Positions 1 through 10,568 of a stretch of DNA of 64,000 nucleotides are shown here, piece after piece. Position 1 is the first letter of the stretch. Each line of letters opens with the position of its first letter. The stretch is taken from positions 1,152,001 through 1,216,000 of the forward strand of contig CAVOXA010000001.1 in assembly GCA_963700285.1 (NCBI GenBank). The letters run 5' to 3'. Position numbers and translations under genes: made by a program. Origin of the DNA: an uncultured Chloroflexia bacterium. Lineage in GTDB: Bacteria; Chloroflexota; Anaerolineae; JAAYZQ01. The notes beneath the pieces were generated by a model. That model saw only the letters and a list, made by a program, of their open reading frames with translations, was not told where the DNA came from and ran no database searches.

Positions 1-26
1 CTCCCTGATTCCCGTCCGTGAGCCTT

Positions 27-2421
27 CTATCGATCCCGCAAGTGCTGCACAAAGTAGTCAGTACTCTCTGACAGGACGGCGACCAGCCCGTCTCCGCCAT
101 AGTGATGGTCCGAGTTGGGCAAGGGGAGAAAGTCGAAGGGTTTGTCGATGGCCATCATAGCCTCGATCAGGTTCACCGAGTTCTGCAGGTGGACGTTGGT
201 GTCGGCCAGACCGTGGATGATCAGAGGCCGGATCTCGATCTGGTCCACCTTGCTGACAAGCTCTGTGGCCTCGTAGCCTTCTGGATTCTGATCGGGGGTG
301 CCCATGTAGCGCTCGGTGTAGACCGTGTCGTAGTAGCGCCAGTCGGTGGGCCCCGAGCCGGCCACACCAGCGCGAAAGACGTCAGGCGCATGGATGAGGG
401 CGAACAGGGTCAGAAAGCCGCCGAACGATTTGCCGTCGACACCGATCCGGTCAGCATCGACGTAGGGCAGCGTCCGCAGGTATTCGACTCCGGCCAGTTG
501 GTCGTCGAGGGCTAGCAGGCCCAGGTAGTTGTGGATGGGCGTCTCAAAGCCGTGCCCGCGGCCAAAGCTGCCCCGGTTGTCCAGCCGCCAGACGATAAGG
601 TCCTCCTGGGTGTACATCACGTCGCGCTCGATGTGGTTAAAGATGTTGGTCGTGCCATAGCGGTTCGACACCAGCTGGAGCGTGGGACCGCCGTACCAGT
701 GGATGACCACCGGGTATTCTTTCGCCGGGTCAAAGCCCTCAGGCCTGACGATCTGGGCGTACAGGTCCTCGCCATCGTGGGCCTTGACCGTCAGGAACTC
801 GCGGCTGACTTGCGGCAGGTCCAGTGCCGGCCCGGCACTCTGGCTCAGGACCTCTACCAGGCTGCCGTCGGACCGCAGGATGGAGGTGACTGGCGGGGTG
901 TCGACGCTGGAGAACTGTTCCACCAGGTACTCTCCGTCGCCGGATAGGATGGCAAAATGAAAGCCGGGCTCTTGTGTGAGTTGCTCCAATTCGCCGCTTT
1001 CGAGGTTCAGGCGGTAGAGCTGCCGCTCCAGGGGGCTTGTCTGGGTGGTGGAAAAGTAGGCCCAGTCGCCAGACGGGTCGACGTGTACCGGCCTGCCAGG
1101 CGTGAGGAGGTCCCAGGCAGGGTATCGATGAGCCACTCTCCCTGGGTCAGTTGCTGGATCAGCTCTCCTTTTCGCGAGTAGAGGTAGAGGTGCATGAAGC
1201 CATCGCGCTCGGAGAGCCATAGGAGATACTCCCCATCGTCCAGGAAGACAGGGGCTACGTAGAGGTATTCGTTGACCCAGTAGGGGTCCGTCTCGCGGAT
1301 GACGGTCCGTCCCGTATTGGTCTGGGGTTCCAGGCCTCTAGCTCGAGGACGGTGTGGTCGCGGTTCTCAGCCAGGTACAGCGCTTCACTGGAATCAGGGA
1401 ACCAGGTGAAGAAGGGCAGGATATATTCCGCCTCTTCCGGTTGCGGGATGGCCTGGGGCTGCCCGCCGGCCGCTACGTCGATGAGGTGCAGGGAAGCCTT
1501 GGGATTCGGGCTGCCCGCGGACGGATAGCGGGTGTAGCTGACCTCGGGAGGTACCGGCCGGAAGTCGGTGACCGGGTGCTTCTGGACCTGCTCGTCGTCG
1601 AGGCGCAGGTAGATCAGCCACTGGCTGTCCGGCGACCAGGCGTAGGCCGGTTGCGCCACGCGCGTGGCAAACTCTTCGTTGTAGACCCAGTCGAGGCTCC
1701 CGTTGAACACGGTGTCGCTCCCGTCGGAGGTCAACTGCTGGACTCGGTCATCGTCGACGGTCACGACGTACAGGTCATTGTCCTGGACGAACGACACTGC
1801 TTCCCCTGAAGGTGAGAAGGCCACGGCAGTCTTGGTCCCGCCTTCGGCCAACGACGCCAGCTTGCCTGTCTCTACGTCGAGCAGCCACAGCGCTTTTTCG
1901 CCGGTCAGCAGCAGGGCATCGCCCCGCGGTGACCATTGGGCCGAATCAATATCGACGCTATCGGCGTGACCACTGGGATCAAGAAGGACATGCCTATCGC
2001 CCGTCGTCGCTTCGTAGAGCCACAGCACGGGCTGATCGTCCTGGGGGGCCTGATAGGCCAGCGTGGCCTCTTGTGGGCTCCATTGCAGGTGCGAGGGGCC
2101 GGGTCCGACCAACGCATCTGGGGCCACCAGCTCGCGGGCTGTGATCTTGGCTGTGGCTGGCGCGCCGGCTCCCTCCTGCGCACCACTGGACGCACACTCG
2201 CCCCGGAAAAAGGCCCACTCCTCGCACTCGGAGCCGTCGGGGAAGAGGCAGTAGCCCACCTCCCCTCCAGCCTCGGTACGAATCTCTACCTTGAAGCCCT
2301 GATCCGCGCAGAACTTGGATGCCGGATTGGCCATGTCAAGGGCAGGTTCTGTGGCCTGTGGACTACAGGCGGTGATGACCAGAATGGCCACGATCAAGGT
2401 GACGATCAACGTGCGTCTCAT
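27..2421 (-). CDS. S9B dipeptidyl-peptidase IV-like peptidase with N-terminal lipoprotein signal and DUF333 domain (split by about 2 frameshifts near 1330 and 1120)
   Basis: Lipobox ITAC; DUF333-like MANPASKFCADQG...C.FPDGSECEEWAFFRGEC; DPP-IV N motifs DWVYNEE and YPSAGSPNP; catalytic GKSFGG, HGLADTNVH and DHH in the C-terminal frame; pieces lie in ORFs 1255-2451, 1007-1195 and 27-1220. Confidence 0.85.
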
Positions 2422-2540
2422 TTCTTCTCCTCCGTTTGGGTGACTGGTCAAGTTTTCCGAAGCTGGAGCAGTCTCCTATGTAGAAAGAACCTGTACTAGC
2501 CTCGCAAGGCTGCCCATTGCTCGTGCGCAGGATAGTGCCA

Positions 2541-3653
2541 TCAAGGGCGTCGTGGGGAGCCTCTGGCCCCCAGAAGGATAACCCCCAGAATCCTGAAGGG
2601 CCGCAGGTAACACAGTCGCAGGAAAGCGATGGTCAGGAGCAGAGTCAGAGCTGCGATAGTCAGGAACTCCAGACCTTCTGACAGAGCGGGCATGAACTTT
2701 TCCCAGAAGGAGACGAGGATCATCAGCACGGCGAGATGGGCGACATAGATGCCGAACACATCCTTCCCATATCCAGCAAGGTGACTCATGGTGCGACTTG
2801 CCCGTATGCGGTCCTCGAGCCCATAAAGAAAGGCGAGAAGCCAGGTTGCGGCAATGAACTGGAATGGCAAGCCACTTGGCAGGAAATAATCCCTGGCATA
2901 GGTCCCAAACTGCTCGAACTGTGCGCGCTCCATGACCAGGTAGGGTACGTAGGTAGCCACCGCCAAGAGAAGCAACCACCATTGGGCCCTCCTCAATCGT
3001 TCTAGTGCGGTGGGAGAGTAACCGAGCCACAGACCCCAGAAGAAAAAGACGGCCCAGGCGAAGAACAGTTTGCCATAGCGCCATTCGAAAGCATGCTGGT
3101 CGGAACCCTGTGTCCAGAGCAACCTTCCCGAAATCGCATAGAATGCAATGGAGCTGAGGGCCGACAGGAGCAAGCAAATGAGCAGCACCTTCCGGCTGAT
3201 GTGCTTGGCTAGCAGCGTGTAGAGAAGAAGGAACTGGAGCAGGACAAAGATATAGTAGAGATGTATGAATCCGGTTGTCAGGTTGAACAAGGTCTGCCCA
3301 TTGATGGCCAAATTGCCCTGCAAGGCTCCAAGAACAAACATGTACACGATGTTCCAGGCAAAAAAGGGCACGACGAGCGTGTGGAACCGGCGCTGCCAGA
3401 AACGCCTGGCGTCCAGGCGATAGTCCGGATCGCGGTGATGGAGGCCCAATACCAATCCCGAGATTATGAAAAACAGGGGCACGACAAAGCGGGCCAGCGG
3501 CGAGATGAGGGTGTACAGCCACGTGCTGTGCACGTCTGGCGCTGTAAGCCCGGCAGTATGCAACAGTACGACGACGACTATTCCGATGACCCGAGCTATC
3601 TCGATATAGCTTAGCCTTACCCTTGATGAAGCGGGATTCGTTTGGTTTTCCAT
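2541..3653 (-). CDS. Acyltransferase family 3 (OafA/YrhL-like) membrane protein
   Basis: YIEIARVIGIVVVVLLH, RFVVPLFFIISG, HLYYIFVLLQF and FGIYVAH motifs; about 10 hydrophobic segments; start at MENQ chosen. Confidence 0.85.
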   Translation of the reverse strand: MENQTNPASSRVRLSYIEIARVIGIVVVVLLHTAGLTAPDVHSTWLYTLISPLARFVVPLFFIISGLVLGLHHRDPDYRLDARRFWQRRFHTLVVPFFAWNIVYMFVLGALQGNLAINGQTLFNLTTGFIHLYYIFVLLQFLLLYTLLAKHISRKVLLICLLLSALSSIAFYAISGRLLWTQGSDQHAFEWRYGKLFFAWAVFFFWGLWLGYSPTALERLRRAQWWLLLLAVATYVPYLVMERAQFEQFGTYARDYFLPSGLPFQFIAATWLLAFLYGLEDRIRASRTMSHLAGYGKDVFGIYVAHLAVLMILVSFWEKFMPALSEGLEFLTIAALTLLLTIAFLRLCYLRPFRILGVILLGARGSPRRP

Positions 3654-3717
3654 GTGCCTGATCTCTTCTCCGTGCGGCGTTTCTGCCTGCTGCCAACCAA
3701 ACTTCATTGGTCAGCTT

Positions 3718-4974
3718 TCAAGGATCCACTCTGTCCGCGATGCCAATGCGGACAGGATCCGTCGTATAGTCAAAGACCGAGTAGTAGTGATCCAGAAAGA
3801 CGGAACCTGCCAGCAGCAACCGGGAAGTACTTGAGTTGTCTGTGGGCTGCAAGCCATGGAACGCCAAACGCCAGCCATCAGGAAACTCTTGAAAATACTC
3901 TTGGGCTGAGAGTGTGTATTCATTCCGACCCCTACCCTCGTCCACGAGTGCGATGGTGAGATCAGGATAGTCATCGAGAGCTGCCGGTTCATGCACTGCT
4001 TGGGGCCTGGCACCGTTGTCGGTGATTCGATTGACGATATCGTCCACCAGGGCCGGATCCCCCTTGAACCTTGAGGAACCCGTATCGAGGGCAAAAGCGG
4101 CCCCGCTTGAGGGTAGCGCTATTGGATCATCTCCGACCCTTATCTCACCCAATCTGACAGACCATAGGTCAGATGCGCTATCGGCAGAAGCTATGCCTCG
4201 GCTAACGGGATAGTATTTGAGGCTTGCTGGATCGTATCTTTTCTCGTTGAAGCCGCCGAGAACAACCTCTCCCCTGTTGAGTTCACGACTTGTCCAATAC
4301 GATACAAGTTTTCTATCCACCCATTCCTCTGCCAACAATAGATCCAGCAACTGGGTTGACATACCTTCCGCATTCACCGAGGGAAAGGCCAGCGAGCCAT
4401 CTTGAACCAGATCGTCCCAATTGGTGTTGGCGGTGCCGTCTGGGTTTTCTCCGTCTATCAGCGTCACAGCCTCCAGAAACCTCATGTCTGGAATGCTATA
4501 GAGCTGTTGGTCCTGCTTTCCACGGTGTGGACCGACCGCCCAGAAGTGCCAGGTATCTTGCCCGACCTTGAACTGGAACTTGCCCCATGGTCCCAATTCG
4601 CTGTCTCGTACCTGTTGATCGATCCAAACATGAGTTGCCGAGAGCTGTGGGTCGTAGCGACGGTGATGGCGGCACGGGTTGGTATCGCACTCTCGCGAGG
4701 TCACCCACGTGCTGCTCGTTCCAGTATCCATGATGAACTTGAACAACTGACCTGCCGAACCGGCATCGGCGGGGGATCCTCCACCTATGGCAAGCTCACC
4801 ATACCATGGTGAGGCACCGTTGTCTTTTGCTGGCCCCATGTGCAGCGAAATCACCAGTGCTTTGGTTCTGTTCGGCTCGATGGCAGAGCAGGAGGATATG
4901 GCCGTCAGTGCTGCGGCAATCAGGAAAAGCGCCGGAACCGGCCTGACTGCTGCCCTACCAAAGATTCTGCTCAT
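3718..4974 (-). CDS. Pepsin-like (A1) bilobed aspartic protease, probably exported or a lipoprotein
   Basis: Two catalytic motifs IMDTGTS and ALDTGSS; CxxxxC-HxxYDPxxSxT segment; C-terminal LLAGSVFLDHYYSVFDY; hydrophobic N-terminus ending in Cys. Confidence 0.85.
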   Translation of the reverse strand: MSRIFGRAAVRPVPALFLIAAALTAISSCSAIEPNRTKALVISLHMGPAKDNGASPWYGELAIGGGSPADAGSAGQLFKFIMDTGTSSTWVTSRECDTNPCRHHRRYDPQLSATHVWIDQQVRDSELGPWGKFQFKVGQDTWHFWAVGPHRGKQDQQLYSIPDMRFLEAVTLIDGENPDGTANTNWDDLVQDGSLAFPSVNAEGMSTQLLDLLLAEEWVDRKLVSYWTSRELNRGEVVLGGFNEKRYDPASLKYYPVSRGIASADSASDLWSVRLGEIRVGDDPIALPSSGAAFALDTGSSRFKGDPALVDDIVNRITDNGARPQAVHEPAALDDYPDLTIALVDEGRGRNEYTLSAQEYFQEFPDGWRLAFHGLQPTDNSSTSRLLLAGSVFLDHYYSVFDYTTDPVRIGIADRVDP

Positions 4975-5012
4975 CGGCTGCCCCCTTTTCCACGAGGAAC
5001 ACGTGCTCGCAG

Positions 5013-5225
5013 CTAGTAAATCTCTGGCATGTCGATCGGTGCTGGCTGCGGTTTGCAGACCCCGCAGTAGAGAGCGTCGGTAACTACCACGGCTTTGGGT
5101 GTCTCATTCTTGCCCACGAAAATGGTCAGGATGAATGGTTTCTTGGATACATGCTCCTTGCAGACGGCTCGTCCGCAGAAACGGCAGGTACCCTGAGCTG
5201 GTTGGTTGCACTGCCAGCAATTCAT
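5013..5225 (-). CDS. Small Cys-rich Zn-finger protein (DUF2180-like)
   Basis: MNCWQC...CRFCGRAVCKEH...CGVC; AGGAG RBS upstream. Confidence 0.7.
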   Translation of the reverse strand: MNCWQCNQPAQGTCRFCGRAVCKEHVSKKPFILTIFVGKNETPKAVVVTDALYCGVCKPQPAPIDMPEIY

Positions 5226-5374
5226 GTAAGCTCCTCGCTTTCTTCCGTCTTTTGCCCAGAACCTCTACGCTGAGTCGGTGTCGGAGCAGAACTATCCCTG
5301 GACAGAGGGTGCTGCGCCTCGCTCTATCCCGTTCGGATCGCTGGCTCCCTTGTTAGGGTAGGACCTCTTCAGGA

Positions 5375-6796
5375 TCAGAGTCGCAGATCGTTCTCTTTCT
5401 CAGCGCCCTGTGGCTGTGTTGTGAGGCTCCCACCCATGGTCAGGTCGCGGAGTACGTTTCCAGCCCAAGCCGCAGCGACAAACTCCTCATATGCAACGTG
5501 CTCTGGCTCCACGTAGTAAAAGCTCGAAAATACCTGGGGATAGTCCCGGATCATTCGATCCATTTCGGTGGTGCTCAAGTCCGCGAATCCAGTCGAGAAG
5601 GACGAGGGCACAGCGGCGAGTCTGAGCCGTGAGGCGTATCGTGTGGTGAACGGCGTCTTGGGCAATGGGGTCACCACTAGAATCTGGCTTCTGGCTGCAC
5701 CGATGCTCAGGAAGTGCTGGTGCAGTGAAAGGGTTTCCTGGAGGTCCTGCTTTGTCTCCCAGGGAAAGCCCACGACGAGAGAAGTTGTGACCCGGAACCC
5801 ATAAGCAGTTGCCGCCTCGACCGTTCTGCGCGCCTGTTCTACATCGAGATTCTTGCCGATACGCCTCTGTACCTGCTGGGAGCCGCTCTCGATGCCAAAG
5901 TAGATGTGCCGGCATCCTGCACTCTTCATATTCGCCAGCGCCTCGATGGGAAGGCTGTCTGGCCTGAGGTAACAGAACCAGGTCACCTCGTCGCCAGCCT
6001 CCATAGCATGAAGAAACTCGGCAAGCCAGTCCTCGTTTACAGCAAAGAGATCCTGTACGAGAAACACGTTCTTCAGCCCATAGCTGCGTACGAGCATCTG
6101 TAGTTGCTCAGCCAAAAGCCGCGGAGACTTCTGGCGCATTTGCCTGCGCCAGAAACCCGAAGTCGAGCAGAAGCAGCATCCGTGGGGGCACCCGCGTCCA
6201 GGTTCATAGGGAAGGAATCTGCCCAGGAGCGCTTCATCAAAGTGTGGATAGGCCCGATAGTCAGGAATCGCCAGGCAATCCAGATCGGGCAGCAGCGGAG
6301 CGGGCGGCGTCGAGAGGACCTTCCCATTAGATCGGTAGGTGAGGCTGGCTGCACTCTGAGGGTCCCTTCTGCCATCGATAACCTCTACTAGGCCGAGGAC
6401 GGCTCGTTCTGCCTCCCCCCGAACGACATAGTCGATCCAGGGAAAGGCCGCCATCGATTCCTCGGCTACGATGGATGCCTGCGACCCACCCAGGACGACT
6501 CGAGTCTGCGGCGAATGGCGTTTGACTTCCCTGGCCAAGAGCAGGACGAGTGGATAGCTGTTGCACATGGTAGAAAAACCTACCCAATCGGGCCCAGTCG
6601 CCACAATGTCAGCGGCCCAGCGGTCCAGGGCCGTATTGGTGTTGGTATTTCTGGAATCCCCCTGGCCAGGGTAATAGATCGTGCAATGATGTCCGGCGTT
6701 CGTAAGAACCTGATGTAGAGATAGGACGCCCAGTGGAAAATAGGGCGCCATCTTTTGCCCTTGGATGTCTGGGGCAGGTACTAGTACCACCTGCAT
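5375..6796 (-). CDS. B12-binding radical SAM enzyme (paralog D), putative RiPP C-methyltransferase
   Basis: N-terminal cobalamin-binding domain (PLGVLSL, VGFSTMCNS, VVLGG); CPHGCCFC motif; FGIESGS. Confidence 0.9.
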   Translation of the reverse strand: MQVVLVPAPDIQGQKMAPYFPLGVLSLHQVLTNAGHHCTIYYPGQGDSRNTNTNTALDRWAADIVATGPDWVGFSTMCNSYPLVLLLAREVKRHSPQTRVVLGGSQASIVAEESMAAFPWIDYVVRGEAERAVLGLVEVIDGRRDPQSAASLTYRSNGKVLSTPPAPLLPDLDCLAIPDYRAYPHFDEALLGRFLPYEPGRGCPHGCCFCSTSGFWRRQMRQKSPRLLAEQLQMLVRSYGLKNVFLVQDLFAVNEDWLAEFLHAMEAGDEVTWFCYLRPDSLPIEALANMKSAGCRHIYFGIESGSQQVQRRIGKNLDVEQARRTVEAATAYGFRVTTSLVVGFPWETKQDLQETLSLHQHFLSIGAARSQILVVTPLPKTPFTTRYASRLRLAAVPSSFSTGFADLSTTEMDRMIRDYPQVFSSFYYVEPEHVAYEEFVAAAWAGNVLRDLTMGGSLTTQPQGAEKENDLRL

Positions 6797-6981
6797 ACGC
6801 TCTTGCCTCCATTCGTTGCCGCTGGCTCAGATGCCCGTATCTTCAACGATGTGGGTCGCCATGCCGCACAAGCGCCAAAGCCGCCACTCATCTTCAATGC
6901 GAAAGTCATTCCAGGCCCGAGCTGGAGGAAGGGAGCATCCCTCCGGCTTCAGCCTTGCCGTTCTGCACTTCCCCTGCCAAC

Positions 6982-7212
6982 TCACATAGGGATTCCAACA
7001 AAATCCCAATGCGCTTCTTTCGTCAGCCTTTCATCGAGGTCTGTACTGAGGGCTTTCAGATCTCTTTCTTTGAGGGCAGCCATCTGCTTTTCTGTCAGGT
7101 CATAGCCAGCGTCCTTGACGGTTTTCTCCGGGTTCTCCACCAGGCTGGCCCGGAATTCAGGATCGGCCACCATCCGTCCGATCAGCTCGTGAATCTCTTT
7201 CTCAGTTGCCAT
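6982..7212 (-). CDS. NHLP-clan RiPP precursor 1 (core EAHWDFVGIPM)
   Basis: Leader IGRMVADPEFRASLVENPE...AGYDLT...LDERLTK; strong AGGAGGTG RBS; paralog of three other small ORFs. Confidence 0.85.
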   Translation of the reverse strand: MATEKEIHELIGRMVADPEFRASLVENPEKTVKDAGYDLTEKQMAALKERDLKALSTDLDERLTKEAHWDFVGIPM

Positions 7213-7388
7213 TTCGCTCACCTCCTTTCCTCGTTAGATGGTATTTGTTCAGGAGCCGCAGGGCAAGCTGCTCCCTGGGTCAGAGTTCACTGCGCCTCTG
7301 GCCAGCTTGCCCCCTGTCCTTGGTGAACGAGCTATGGACTGGCACTCTATTTCGGTGAGGTGAATTGCTCTCAGTTTCAGCCCCTTTT

Positions 7389-8798
7389 CTACTCTGTGCT
7401 ATTGGGCACTCTCCCTTCGCTGAGGTCACGCAGAGCATTGCTGGCCCAGGACGCGGCAACGAACTCCTCGTAGGAGACGAATTCCGGTTCCAAGTAATAG
7501 AAATTCGAAAAGATTTGAGGATATTGCCGGATCATCCTCTCCATCTCGGCGTTTCGGAAATCATCGAGGCCCCTCGACCAGGAGGAGAGCACAGGAGCAA
7601 GGGTGAGCCGTGAGGTACATTGGGTTGTCAAGGGTGTTTTGGGCAAGGGAGACAGCACATACATCTGGCTTCTCGCCACACCGATGCTCAGGAAATGCTG
7701 GTGCAGAGAGAGGGTCTCTTGGAGATCATCCGCTGTCTCCCAGGGAAAGCCCACAATGAAGGAGGTTACAACCCCCATACCACAGGCTACGGCTGCCTCG
7801 ATGGTCTTGCGTGCCCTGGCAAGGTCCACATTCTTTTGCAGTAGCGCCTGCACCCGTTGGGAACCGCTCTCGACGCCGAAAAAGATGTGTCTGCATCCCG
7901 CTCTGTGCATATCAGCCAGAGTGTGCGCGTCCACGCTGTCTGGGCGGAGAGCGCAGCCCCAGCTAACGGCGTCCTTCGCCTCAATAGCGCGAAGAAAAAC
8001 GGCCAGCCAGTCATGGTCCACGGCAAAAAGATCCTGCACCAAGGCCACGTTCTTTACCTGGTACCTGCGGGCCAGGTTCCCGATCTGTTCAGCCAGCAGG
8101 TAAGGAGTCTTCTGGCGCCGCCGGCGGCGCCAGAAGACAGAGGTCGAGCAGTAACTGCATCCGTATGGGCATCCGCGCCCCGCCTCCAAAGGCATGCTCT
8201 CATCTCTAGCACCATCATGTCCTCGAGTTAGTGCCTCGTCGAAGCGCGGATAGGCCCTGTGGTTTGGGACCGGCAAGGAATCGAGATCGTTCACCAGGGG
8301 CCTGAGTGGTGTCGACACAATCCTACCATCAGCTCGGAAGGTCAGACTGAGTACTGCATCCGGCTTCCGGCTCCCGTCCATCACCTGGACAAGGTCGAGG
8401 ATAGCTTGTTCTGCCTCTCCTCGAATGACATAGTCGATCCAGGGAAAGGCTCCCAACGACTCTTCGGCTACAGCTGAGGCCTGCGGTCCACCCAGCACGA
8501 CCGGTGTCTGTGGAGAAAGGTGTTTCACTGCCTTTGCCAGGAGCAGAATCAGCGGATAGGTATCGCACGTGGTCGAGAAACCCACACAATCGGGTTCTGC
8601 CGCCACGATTTCAGCCGCCCAGCGGTGTATGGCCACGTCGGGCTCGGCTGGTTCAGGCAGATCTTGGCCCGGATAGTAGATGGTGCAGCCGAATCCAGCG
8701 TCACATAGTATTTGGTTGAGTGAAAGCGCACCCAGTGGAAAGTAGGGCACCGGCCTGCGCTGCCGGAGGTGTAGGGCAGGCACCAGCACGATATTCAT
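7389..8798 (-). CDS. B12-binding radical SAM enzyme (paralog C)
   Basis: B12-binding N-terminus; CPYGCSYC; overlaps the stop of the upstream paralog (ATGA). Confidence 0.9.
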   Translation of the reverse strand: MNIVLVPALHLRQRRPVPYFPLGALSLNQILCDAGFGCTIYYPGQDLPEPAEPDVAIHRWAAEIVAAEPDCVGFSTTCDTYPLILLLAKAVKHLSPQTPVVLGGPQASAVAEESLGAFPWIDYVIRGEAEQAILDLVQVMDGSRKPDAVLSLTFRADGRIVSTPLRPLVNDLDSLPVPNHRAYPRFDEALTRGHDGARDESMPLEAGRGCPYGCSYCSTSVFWRRRRRQKTPYLLAEQIGNLARRYQVKNVALVQDLFAVDHDWLAVFLRAIEAKDAVSWGCALRPDSVDAHTLADMHRAGCRHIFFGVESGSQRVQALLQKNVDLARARKTIEAAVACGMGVVTSFIVGFPWETADDLQETLSLHQHFLSIGVARSQMYVLSPLPKTPLTTQCTSRLTLAPVLSSWSRGLDDFRNAEMERMIRQYPQIFSNFYYLEPEFVSYEEFVAASWASNALRDLSEGRVPNSTE

Positions 8799-10243
8799 AA
8801 ACTCTTGCCTCCACCGATTGATGACGACCCCAGCGCTTCTTCATCAGGTTGTACGCGAGTCTGTGCTGCAACCTGTTCCCCTTTGCTGCATCTATACAGA
8901 GCATTACCAGCCCAAGCCGCAGCAGCAAACTCCTCATGCGGGACGAATTCTGATTTCACATGATAGAAGCTCGAGAAAATCTCAGGGTATTGCCGGATCA
9001 TTCGCTGCATTTCGGCCGTTCGAAAGTCTTCGAGCCCCATCGACAAGAACGATGGTAGAGGGGCAAGGGAGAGCCTTGAGGTGTATTGAATTGTGAGCGG
9101 CGTCTTGGGCAACGGACACAGCACATAGACCTGGCTCTTTGCCACACCGATGTCTAGAAAATGCTGGTGCAGGGAGAGAGTTTCCTGAAGATCTTGCCTT
9201 GTCTCCCAGGGAAAGCCCACAATGAACGAGGTGATGACCCCCATACCATAGGAGACTGCTGCTTCGATGGTCTCGCGCGTCCTGGTCAGGTCCAGGTTCT
9301 TCTGCAACCGCTTCTGTACGCGTTGGGAACCGCTCTCGACACCAAAGAAAACATGTGTGCATCCTGCTCGATACATATCGGCCAGGGTCCGCGCGCCAAC
9401 GCTGTCTGGTCGGAGACGACAGGTCCAGGTTGCCCTGTCACCAGTCTCCATGGCTCCAAGGAAGGCGCCCAGCCAGTCGCGGTCCAGGACAAGGAGATCC
9501 TGGGCCAACAGCACGTTTTCCACCTGGTACCTGCGGACAATCATCCCAAGCTGGTCAGCCAGCAGGTCTGGCGACTTCTGACGCATACGTCTGCGCCAGA
9601 AGTCAGAGGTGGAGCAGAAGCTGCACCCATAAGGACATCCGCGTCCAGGTTCGAAAGGAATGAAATCATCCAGCAGTGCTTCGCGGAAATAGGGATAGGC
9701 CTGGTAGTCAGGCAATGCCAGGGAATCCAGCTCGGTCAATAGTGGCACAAGGGGTGTTGAAACGATCTTCCCATTTGCTCGGTATGTGATACTGCCTGCT
9801 CCTTGTGGTTCACTCCCGTGTTCGATTACCTGGACAAGGCCGAGGACAGCCTGTTCTGCCTCCCCCCGAACGATATAGTCGATCCAGGGAAAAGCGGCCA
9901 TCGACTCCTCGGCCACGACCGAGGCCTGTGGTCCGCCCAGGACCACGGGCGTCTGTGGCGACAAATGCTTCACCGCCCTGGCCAGGAGCAGAATCAGGGG
10001 ATAACTGTTGCACACAGTTGAAAACCCCACCCAGTCAGGCTCTGCCGCCACGACTTCAGCCGCCCACTGGCGTATGGCCATATCGGTCTCGGCTAGATCG
10101 CCTGCATGCAGGTGCGGATAGTAGATGGTGCAATCGTGCCCGGCGTCCGACAGTACCTGGTGTAGAGACAGAACTCCCAGTGGGAAGTAGGGCATCGTCC
10201 TTCGCCCTTTGATGTGTGGCGCAGGTACGAGAACCACGTGCAT
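8795..10243 (-). CDS. B12-binding radical SAM enzyme (paralog B)
   Basis: B12-binding N-terminus; CPYGCSFC; FGVESGS. Confidence 0.9.
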   Translation of the reverse strand: MHVVLVPAPHIKGRRTMPYFPLGVLSLHQVLSDAGHDCTIYYPHLHAGDLAETDMAIRQWAAEVVAAEPDWVGFSTVCNSYPLILLLARAVKHLSPQTPVVLGGPQASVVAEESMAAFPWIDYIVRGEAEQAVLGLVQVIEHGSEPQGAGSITYRANGKIVSTPLVPLLTELDSLALPDYQAYPYFREALLDDFIPFEPGRGCPYGCSFCSTSDFWRRRMRQKSPDLLADQLGMIVRRYQVENVLLAQDLLVLDRDWLGAFLGAMETGDRATWTCRLRPDSVGARTLADMYRAGCTHVFFGVESGSQRVQKRLQKNLDLTRTRETIEAAVSYGMGVITSFIVGFPWETRQDLQETLSLHQHFLDIGVAKSQVYVLCPLPKTPLTIQYTSRLSLAPLPSFLSMGLEDFRTAEMQRMIRQYPEIFSSFYHVKSEFVPHEEFAAAAWAGNALYRCSKGEQVAAQTRVQPDEEALGSSSIGGGKSL

Positions 10244-10306
10244 ACGCTCATGCCTCCATTGCTTGCTGACGGATCAGGTATACCTTTCTAGGAATACAAC
10301 CGCACT

Positions 10307-10420
10307 TGTCATTCTGAGGAGCGAGCGCAGTGAGCGACGAAGAATCTCGGCTGCGCCCAGCTATCAGTTTCTCGCCATGTAACCGGGATTCTTTGCTCTA
10401 TTCAGTCGCCCAGAATGACA
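10307..10420. repeat. REP/REPIN-like palindromic element
   Basis: TGTCATTCTG (10307-10316) ... AGAATC (10341-10346) is mirrored by GATTCT (10387-10392) ... CAGAATGACA (10411-10420). Confidence 0.65.
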
Positions 10421-10503
10421 CACGGCTTGGACTGCGGTCGTAGTACTAGATGCACGCCAAGGTCTTCATTCGCTTGCCATTCGGTAGTCATGCCGGGCCA
10501 GAA

Positions 10504-10531
10504 CTGGAAGAGGGGTGCTCCCCTCTTCCAG
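10504..10531 (-). terminator. Perfect 12-bp hairpin downstream of precursor 2 (attenuator or mRNA-stabilising stem)
   Basis: CTGGAAGAGGGG-TGCT-CCCCTCTTCCAG; related stems follow the other three precursors; no strong U-tract. Confidence 0.6.
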
Positions 10532-10568
10532 CCCCAGGTATGCACCGCCAGTTCCTCTTGCTGACCTA

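Noticed and set aside
7261-7312. Hairpin upstream of precursor 1 as a riboswitch (e.g. cobalamin)
   Set aside because: A 10-bp inverted repeat is present but no B12-box or other recognisable aptamer features
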